Positions 57,830 to 64,000 of a stretch of DNA of 64,000 nt are shown here, piece by piece; the stretch's first letter is position 1, and each line of letters begins with the position of its first letter. The notes beneath the pieces are model-generated. The model saw nothing but the letters and a program-made list of their open reading frames with translations, searched no databases and was not told the DNA's origin. Made by a program: the position numbers and the translations under genes. The stretch lies in IMG/VR virus record IMGVR_UViG_3300025102_000017, one strand, 5' to 3'. The stretch comes from an uncultured virus (IMG/VR IMGVR_UViG_3300025102_000017). Taxonomy: Duplodnaviria; Heunggongvirae; Uroviricota; Caudoviricetes.

Positions 57830-57986
57830 GAACGGATTGAGTAAAGACGAGATCAATTGTCGAGTCCTCAAACTAAAAAAAGAATTGTATGATGGTTCCT
57901 GGAGTGCTAGGAACCGTGAGTGGCACGAGGGAGCACACACCATGTTGAATCGTGTTCTTGATATCCTAGAAGAGTATCGCCTCTAA
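57822..57986 (+). CDS. Small hypothetical protein (54 aa)
   Basis: Not in the track. MPKNGLSKDEINCRVLKLKKELYDGSWSARNREWHEGAHTMLNRVLDILEEYRL; overlaps the preceding stop. Confidence 0.65.
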   Translation: MPKNGLSKDEINCRVLKLKKELYDGSWSARNREWHEGAHTMLNRVLDILEEYRL

Positions 57987-57989
57987 ATA
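57983..57989 (+). promoter_or_regulatory. Late promoter (CTAAATA)
   Basis: Upstream of gp3. Confidence 0.6.
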
Positions 57990-58010
57990 GCTCGTTGCTG
58001 CTATTGGGTT

Positions 58011-58589
58011 TTGGAGACCAGAGTCAGAGGTGCCACTCCTCCATATAAACTAAATGAACCCACGAACAGGAACTTCCTGAGTATCGTTGGGTTCGATTTT
58101 ATTTTGAATCGTTGCCCTAAGGTTAGTTTCTATTGCAACCAGGCAAACATTCCTGAGATTGAATTAGGAGTAGCGGTTCAGCATTCATATCTTAGAGACA
58201 TCCCTACACCAGGGGAGAAGTTGACTTTCGGTGATCTCAACCTGTCATTCATGGTTGATGAAGACTGCGAGAACTACTTACAGATCTATGATTGGATTAC
58301 TGGACTAGGATTCCCTGAGTCTCTACAACAGTACGAAGACCTAAAAAGGAATAGTAGGTTCTATCCGACAGAAGATGCTCCGTTCAATGAGCGTTCTGAT
58401 GGAACACTAATTATTTTGAATAGTGATTACAACCCTGCTTGTAAGATCAAGTTCAGGGATATGTTCCCTGTCTCCTTGTCCGGCATTCCTTTTAGTGCCA
58501 TTGAAACTGAGGAGAGATACTTTACAGCACAGGTGAGTTTCAAGTATACTATCTTTGATATGATTGACATCAATGGAAAGAAAGTCTAA
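58011..58589 (+). CDS. gp3: Tail completion / tube terminator gp3
   Basis: NRNFLS, FMVDEDCENY..IYDWI.GLGFP and FPVSLS; start codon uncertain (TTG). Confidence 0.85.
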   Translation: METRVRGATPPYKLNEPTNRNFLSIVGFDFILNRCPKVSFYCNQANIPEIELGVAVQHSYLRDIPTPGEKLTFGDLNLSFMVDEDCENYLQIYDWITGLGFPESLQQYEDLKRNSRFYPTEDAPFNERSDGTLIILNSDYNPACKIKFRDMFPVSLSGIPFSAIETEERYFTAQVSFKYTIFDMIDINGKKV

Positions 58590-59025
58590 TCCAATTAGTC
58601 TTGAGAACATCCAAGAGATGTGGACTAAGGATGCGATCATCAACCCTGATGAATTGGACACCGAGTCTCTCAAGGTGCCTCAATTACACGCCAAATATTA
58701 CGGGCTATATAATACTATACTGCTGATGCGAAAGCAAAACGAACAAATTTACAGTTCGTTGTTACTAGATCGCAGGAAATTTTACACAGGAAAGGCAACT
58801 GCTGCCGTATACGAAGCAGAACCATTTCCCTATAAGATCAGAGACAAGGATGACCTCAAGTTATATCTTGAGTCTGATGAGAAGTTATCCAAGGTACGAC
58901 TGAAAATTGAATACTTCGATTCGATGCTGAAATACTTAGAAGAAATTCTAAGGCAGGTGACGAATCGTTCGTATCAAATCAAAAATGCGATTGAGTGGCG
59001 CAGGTTCACTTCCGGTTATGGCTGA
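58573..59025 (+). CDS. uvsY: Recombination mediator UvsY
   Basis: ESLKVPQLHAKY and RSYQIKNAIEW.RF. Confidence 0.9.
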   Translation: MERKSNPISLENIQEMWTKDAIINPDELDTESLKVPQLHAKYYGLYNTILLMRKQNEQIYSSLLLDRRKFYTGKATAAVYEAEPFPYKIRDKDDLKLYLESDEKLSKVRLKIEYFDSMLKYLEEILRQVTNRSYQIKNAIEWRRFTSGYG

Positions 59026-60466
59026 TCTGATCATCAAAAAGAAGAACGAAGTATATCTCATCGTGGATTGCGATCCACATATACAGCACGAACTTCAGGA
59101 TCAATTTACCTTTGAGGTACCTGGTGCAAAATTCATGCCTCAGTATAGAAGCAAATACTGGGACGGTAAGATTAGATTATTCAACATTGAGAAGAAGGAG
59201 ATTTACGTAGGATTACTAGATAAACTCTGTCAGTTTTGTAAGAGATATAATTATACATTTGAATTTGAGGACTCAAAGCATTATGGATTGCCTTACCAAG
59301 AAGATGAAGGTATATCCCACAGGGGCGTCAAAGACTGGTTAGGTGTTATATGCAAGCATACACCTAGAGACTACCAGATCGAGGGGGTTTACGACGCCCT
59401 CAAAAGAAAGAGAAGACTGATCATATCTCCGACCGGATCGGGCAAGTCTTTGATGATCTACGCTGTTGTGCAGTATCATGCTGCCCACAAAAGAAAGATC
59501 TTGGTCATAGTTCCTACCACATCCTTGGTGGAACAGATGTACAAGGACTTCGATGATTATGGATTGGATGCTCAGAGCGAGTGTCATAGGATCTATGGTG
59601 GTAAGGATATGAACAGCGACAAGACTGTAATCATATCAACTTGGCAATCAATTTACAAGCTTGACAAAAAGTGGTTTAGGCAGTTTGAGGTTGTCATTGG
59701 AGATGAGGCACACAACTTCAAATCAAAATCACTGGTAGGCATCATGACAAAGATGCATGACACCAGATATAGATATGGATTTACTGGCACCCTAGATGGA
59801 ACCCAAACTCACAAGTGGGTGCTAGAAGGATTGTTCGGTCCATCATACAAGATTGTCAACACTAAGGAACTGCAGGATGCAGGTTACCTAGCAAAGTTGA
59901 GTATCAAAGTTTTACTGTTGAAACATAAGCAGACTCCATTTGATACTTACGAGGAGGAGGTACAGTATCTGATTGGGCATGAGAAGAGAAACAACTTCAT
60001 CAAAAACCTTGCACTGGACCTAAAGGGTAATACCCTCATCCTTTTTAGTCGGGTTGCCGCACATGGGGAGGTTCTATATGACCTCATAAATAAAGATGAC
60101 CGGAAGGTATTCTTTATCCACGGTGGAGTGGACGTAGAAGAGCGAGAGTCAGTTAGATCTATTGCAGAGACTGAGAACAACGCTATAATCATCGCTTCTT
60201 TCGGCACTTTTTCAACAGGTATCAACATCAAAAACTTACATAACGTGGTCTTTGCATCACCTAGTAAGTCTCGCATCAGAACACTTCAATCAATCGGGAG
60301 GGTGCTGCGTAAGAGTGATTCAAAATTGAAGGCAACTCTATACGATATAGCAGATGATTGCAAGAAGGGTCAAAAATCAAACTACACCTTGAACCATCTT
60401 ATCGAACGAATCAAATACTATAACGAAGAGAAGTTCAACTATGACATCATTCAAATCAAACTCTGA
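59018..60466 (+). CDS. uvsW: SF2 helicase UvsW
   Basis: SPTGSGKS, DEAH and QSIGRVLR; start at ATG 59018. Confidence 0.95.
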   Translation: MADLIIKKKNEVYLIVDCDPHIQHELQDQFTFEVPGAKFMPQYRSKYWDGKIRLFNIEKKEIYVGLLDKLCQFCKRYNYTFEFEDSKHYGLPYQEDEGISHRGVKDWLGVICKHTPRDYQIEGVYDALKRKRRLIISPTGSGKSLMIYAVVQYHAAHKRKILVIVPTTSLVEQMYKDFDDYGLDAQSECHRIYGGKDMNSDKTVIISTWQSIYKLDKKWFRQFEVVIGDEAHNFKSKSLVGIMTKMHDTRYRYGFTGTLDGTQTHKWVLEGLFGPSYKIVNTKELQDAGYLAKLSIKVLLLKHKQTPFDTYEEEVQYLIGHEKRNNFIKNLALDLKGNTLILFSRVAAHGEVLYDLINKDDRKVFFIHGGVDVEERESVRSIAETENNAIIIASFGTFSTGINIKNLHNVVFASPSKSRIRTLQSIGRVLRKSDSKLKATLYDIADDCKKGQKSNYTLNHLIERIKYYNEEKFNYDIIQIKL

Positions 60467-60881
60467 CAACCCGTACGATGAGTTCATCGCAGCAATCAAG
60501 TTGGTGTCTGGTGAAGAGATCTTGTCTTCTGTAATGGTAATTGCAGACGATGACGATAAAGTGATATTAGATAATCCTATCATTTGTGAAGAGATTCGCT
60601 CCAAAGGAGCGAATATACCCATGGGGTATAAGTTTGAACCTTGGATGAGATTGACTGATGAAGATGTTTTTATTGTAGATATGGATCGTATTATTACTAT
60701 CTCTGAAATCAAAGATGAAGATGTAATCAATACCTATAGAAGTATTATTGCTAGTGGTTTCACTAGAGAACATCCTGATCTCACTAAGGAGATGGGATTC
60801 ATAAACACTGTTGATAAAGCAAGAGAATCCTTTGAGTCACTGTATACAGCAGAGGATGCTACTAAAGATACTCAAAGCTAA
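60441..60881 (+). CDS. Conserved hypothetical protein (Sm-like fold candidate)
   Basis: IKLVSGEEI...PWM pattern; located between uvsW and gp55. Confidence 0.65.
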   Translation: MTSFKSNSDNPYDEFIAAIKLVSGEEILSSVMVIADDDDKVILDNPIICEEIRSKGANIPMGYKFEPWMRLTDEDVFIVDMDRIITISEIKDEDVINTYRSIIASGFTREHPDLTKEMGFINTVDKARESFESLYTAEDATKDTQS

Positions 60882-60913
60882 CCTACAGCCTTCTCTTCAA
60901 CCCTAACAGAGTG

Positions 60914-60942
60914 ATTCTACAGATAATCGACAGTCCTGTCAA
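60914..60942 (-). promoter_or_regulatory. Sigma70-type promoter, antisense orientation
   Basis: Minus strand TTGACA-N17-TAGAAT. Confidence 0.6.
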
Positions 60943-60955
60943 GCTGTGCTATAAT
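60927..60955 (+). promoter_or_regulatory. Sigma70-type promoter for the gp55 operon
   Basis: TCGACA-N17-TATAAT with extended -10 TGn. Confidence 0.7.
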
Positions 60956-60977
60956 TTGTACAAGAAAACCCACACAA

Positions 60978-61448
60978 ATGACAAGGAAACGATCTGAACA
61001 TTATGTAAACAACAAAGAGTTTCTTGCTGCAATCATTGCCTACAAGCAGGATATTTCCGATGCTGAAGCACTCGGTAAACCGAAACCTCGTATTACGAAT
61101 TATCTCGGTGAATGCTTTTTGAAGATTGCTACCCACCTTTCATACAAACCAAACTTCGTGAACTACATGTTCAAGGACGATATGGTTTGTGATGGGATTG
61201 AGAACTGTGTTCAATACATCAACAACTTCAATCCTGAGAAGTCCAAGAATCCATTTGCTTACTTTACTCAGATCATTCACTATGCATTCTTGCGTAGGAT
61301 TCAGAAAGAGAAAAAGCAATTAGAAATTCGCCAAAAAATTATTGAAAGGTCGGGATACGACGAAGTGTTTGTTGCCGACGAGATGTCAAAGTCATCAGAG
61401 TATAACTCTATCAAAGACGCAGTTCAGTACAGAAACAACTATCGATGA
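60978..61448 (+). CDS. gp55: Late sigma factor gp55
   Basis: HYVNNKEFL and NPFAYFTQIIHYAFLRRIQKEKKQ. Confidence 0.95.
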   Translation: MTRKRSEHYVNNKEFLAAIIAYKQDISDAEALGKPKPRITNYLGECFLKIATHLSYKPNFVNYMFKDDMVCDGIENCVQYINNFNPEKSKNPFAYFTQIIHYAFLRRIQKEKKQLEIRQKIIERSGYDEVFVADEMSKSSEYNSIKDAVQYRNNYR

Positions 61449-61636
61449 ATCATCCCATCACGGTTGAAGACTACATGGATTTTGGTGAAGAGTTCTTTGC
61501 CAAGTATAACTATGTAAGAGACCGCATCCCTGATGCCTCTACTGAAGACATTCTCACTGTAATGGAAACCTTGGGCAAACTTGTAGTCCAAGGCAGAGAA
61601 GATTACTACGATCAACGACGCCGAACCCGGAGATGA
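61445..61636 (+). CDS. Hypothetical protein
   Basis: ATGA-coupled ORF in the gp55-gp47 operon. Confidence 0.65.
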   Translation: MNHPITVEDYMDFGEEFFAKYNYVRDRIPDASTEDILTVMETLGKLVVQGREDYYDQRRRTRR

Positions 61637-61890
61637 AAGTGAACATCCTTTTTGAAAAGTGTGAAAAAGAGAAGGCACAAGACACCGGTCTTCCTTATAC
61701 CGCCTATCTGGTGACATACAAAGTTGATGGTGTTGAAACATATGACATCGCTACTTGTGGAAAGACAGTAGATCTCTTTGATCATTATTACGATACCTAT
61801 AAAGAAAACTTTATTAGGTTTGATCAAGCAGAAGGCAGGGTCAGTCCCAAACTATACGGTTATCAATCACCTGAGTCCAAGAAAAAGTAA
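61633..61890 (+). CDS. Hypothetical protein
   Basis: Coupled ORF; LPYTAYLV.Y and DLFDHYYD.Y motifs. Confidence 0.7.
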   Translation: MKVNILFEKCEKEKAQDTGLPYTAYLVTYKVDGVETYDIATCGKTVDLFDHYYDTYKENFIRFDQAEGRVSPKLYGYQSPESKKK

Positions 61891-62522
61891 TGGCATTTCT
61901 AGTTCATAATCTACCACCGGTACCAGTCAAGGTCCGCAAGGAGTATTTGTATGACCTAGAACATGGTCATGGTGAGTTCACTGAGGGTATCTGGGTCAGT
62001 GTGAAGAGTGTCCAATATAAGGCACTCTACTTTGAGACATTGATTCCTGAGTATGGTGCTCTGTTTGACAAACTTCCTCTGAGTGCATTTGTGTGGAAAG
62101 AGGAGCATGATGATCTGCCCCTTGATACTCTGCAACTGTGGGATTGTTTTGATTACAATATTACAGTAATCGAGAAACCCATGCTGTCACGGTGTGAGTT
62201 CTTTGGTAAAGATAAGCAGATGCATGCTGGTGAGTACATGTTCACTATTGATACCTGTCATAGTGAATCTTCTACTCTAGACACTGGGTTTAGTCAAGAT
62301 GATCCTGAGCATAAATCATTCAATATTATCAAACTGGACAACGGACAGTTTGCTGCACAACCCAACAACCGGGTGATCTGGAAAGACATGAGTCTTATCC
62401 CAGAAGAAACCAAGATGCCAGACTTCAAAGTCTGCACTCAAAATTACCGAGTTGAAAATAGTGATAAGTGGAGTGTTGGTCATTCAGAAGAATGGATGTA
62501 CACAACGCAAGACGGCGCATGA
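61890..62522 (+). CDS. Conserved hypothetical protein
   Basis: VRKEYLYD, LQLWDCF, EHKSFN and NGQFAAQPNNR. Confidence 0.7.
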   Translation: MAFLVHNLPPVPVKVRKEYLYDLEHGHGEFTEGIWVSVKSVQYKALYFETLIPEYGALFDKLPLSAFVWKEEHDDLPLDTLQLWDCFDYNITVIEKPMLSRCEFFGKDKQMHAGEYMFTIDTCHSESSTLDTGFSQDDPEHKSFNIIKLDNGQFAAQPNNRVIWKDMSLIPEETKMPDFKVCTQNYRVENSDKWSVGHSEEWMYTTQDGA

Positions 62523-63559
62523 AAGTTGCAATCATCACTGACCAGCACTTTGGTTTCAAGAAGGGGTCAAAGGTCTACCACGATTACTTCCTCAAATTCT
62601 ATGAGGAAACTTTCTTCCCTATGCTTGAGAGGGAAGGAATAAAAACTATTCTCGATTTAGGAGATACCTTTGACAACCGTAAAGGTGTTGATCTCTATTC
62701 TCTGGACTGGGCGAAGACACATTATTTCGACCGTCTTCGATCTATGGGGATATCTATTGTTTCTGTTGTGGGCAACCATACCGCCTTCTACAAGAACACT
62801 AATGACATCAATACTATCGATCTACTCCTACGAGAGTACGATAACGTTCGTATTGTTGGCGAGTGTGAAGAGATAGATGTTTGTGGTCTTCCTATCTTAT
62901 TCATCCCATGGATCAATCAAGAGAACCGGGATGCCACATACAAGAAGATCAAAGAAACTAAAGCAAAGGTTGCCATGGGGCACCTGGAACTGAATGGTTT
63001 TGTTGCCACTCATGGTCATGTCATGGAGCATGGTCATGACATTGATGTGTATCAGAAGTTTGACAAAGTATTATCTGGACACTTCCACACTCGTTCTACG
63101 AACGGTAAGATCTATTACATCGGCAATCCCTATGAGATGTTCTGGAGTGATGTGAATGACCCACGTGGATGTATCACGTTTGATACTGAAACGTTGGAGA
63201 TGAAGAATATTGATAACCCCAATCAACTCTATAAAGTAATCAAATATCAGGATACACCTCGTCAACTCTTCAAGTTCAATGAGTATAGAGGGAACATTGT
63301 AAAGGTAGTTGTATTCAAAAAGACTAACGAGAAAGAGTTTGATCGTTTCATGGAGTCCCTGGCAAAGGCAAACCCCATTGAGATCAAAGTGGTGGAGCGA
63401 TCAGATGTCATGTATCTTGACTATGACTTTGCTGAACAGACGGAAGATACAATGACCCTGCTCAACAAATACGTCGATGATTTAGAGACAAATCTAAATA
63501 AATCTAAGATCAAAAATATCTTGACAGAGGCGTACCAACTAGCATGTGAGGGAATCTGA
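62519..63559 (+). CDS. gp47: Recombination nuclease gp47 (Mre11/SbcD-like)
   Basis: TDQHFG, LGDTFD, GNH and SGHFH phosphoesterase motifs; start at ATG 62519. Confidence 0.95.
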   Translation: MKVAIITDQHFGFKKGSKVYHDYFLKFYEETFFPMLEREGIKTILDLGDTFDNRKGVDLYSLDWAKTHYFDRLRSMGISIVSVVGNHTAFYKNTNDINTIDLLLREYDNVRIVGECEEIDVCGLPILFIPWINQENRDATYKKIKETKAKVAMGHLELNGFVATHGHVMEHGHDIDVYQKFDKVLSGHFHTRSTNGKIYYIGNPYEMFWSDVNDPRGCITFDTETLEMKNIDNPNQLYKVIKYQDTPRQLFKFNEYRGNIVKVVVFKKTNEKEFDRFMESLAKANPIEIKVVERSDVMYLDYDFAEQTEDTMTLLNKYVDDLETNLNKSKIKNILTEAYQLACEGI

Positions 63560-63816
63560 TGCATATAATCACCCCCGTACAGGAGAAACGAGAAGGTGCA
63601 TATGCCGTCGTAGACGAGTCGGGTGAAAAGGTTGTGTTCTTCTTCGCTGAACGCGACGATGCCGAAAGGTATGTTATGATGTTAGAATGTAATGGTCAGA
63701 CCTCCGAAATGGAAGTCGTGGACATTCCAGACAAGGCAGCGATTGCTGCTTGTGAACGAACGGGTACTAAGTACACCATCATCACTAAGAATGAACTTGT
63801 TATTCCTGTTGAATGA
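63559..63816 (+). CDS. DUF3110-like small protein
   Basis: VFFFAERDDAERYVMMLE motif. Confidence 0.5.
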   Translation: MHIITPVQEKREGAYAVVDESGEKVVFFFAERDDAERYVMMLECNGQTSEMEVVDIPDKAAIAACERTGTKYTIITKNELVIPVE

Positions 63817-64000
63817 TTCTTTTCAAAGAAATTCGTTATAAAAATTTTCTATCAGCAGGGAACCAGTTCACGGTAATCCCATTAGATGCCAACAAAGACA
63901 CGCTCATTGTTGGATCAAATGGTGCTGGCAAGAGTACGATTCTTGATGCTCTCACCTTCTCTCTGTTTGGGAAACCTTTTCGTAAGGTCAACAAATCTCA
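63813..64000 (+). CDS. gp46: Recombination ATPase gp46 (Rad50/SbcC-like), N-terminal part
   Basis: MILFKEIRYKNFLSAGN...GSNGAGKSTILDAL Walker A; truncated by the window end. Confidence 0.92.
   Translation, partial: MILFKEIRYKNFLSAGNQFTVIPLDANKDTLIVGSNGAGKSTILDALTFSLFGKPFRKVNKS

Noticed and set aside
46676..60466. Introns, inteins or homing endonucleases in gp17, gp20, gp23 or uvsW
   Set aside because: ORFs are continuous and of ordinary length; no intein or endonuclease motifs seen.
1..64000. Stop-codon reassignment
   Set aside because: Core genes translate full length with the standard code and TAA, TAG and TGA all serve as stops.

Overview
This window is 64 kb of a T4-like cyanomyovirus (Kyanoviridae-type) genome. 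Positions 1-10.7 kb hold an accessory cluster of tailoring enzymes: five or six SGNH-like paralogs, two divergent sulfotransferase-like paralogs, a NodU/CmcH carbamoyltransferase, a SPASM plus radical-SAM protein, a GT-A-like protein and a DUF3310 protein. Positions 10.7-38.2 kb hold baseplate genes (gp25, gp6, gp7-like, gp8), giant virion proteins and a repeat-built fibre. A second enzyme cassette at 38.3-41.0 kb encodes a methyltransferase, a ferritin-like di-iron protein and two P-loop paralogs. The rest is a fibre gene, gp13-gp23, several small ORFs, gp3, uvsY, uvsW, gp55, gp47 and the start of gp46. Late-promoter motifs (C/A-TAAATA) and intrinsic terminators are visible throughout. Four signals stand out. 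(1) I found no TTAA tetramer anywhere in the window by eye. (2) RGCY is strongly depleted except in the most highly expressed genes. (3) A short xG[IV][GSAT]T motif recurs across nearly all virion proteins and lies next to late-expressed modification enzymes, suggesting a possible virion-decoration system. (4) Overlapping divergent sigma70 promoters lie upstream of gp55. All calls come from motif recognition and synteny; no database search was run and motif counts are by eye.
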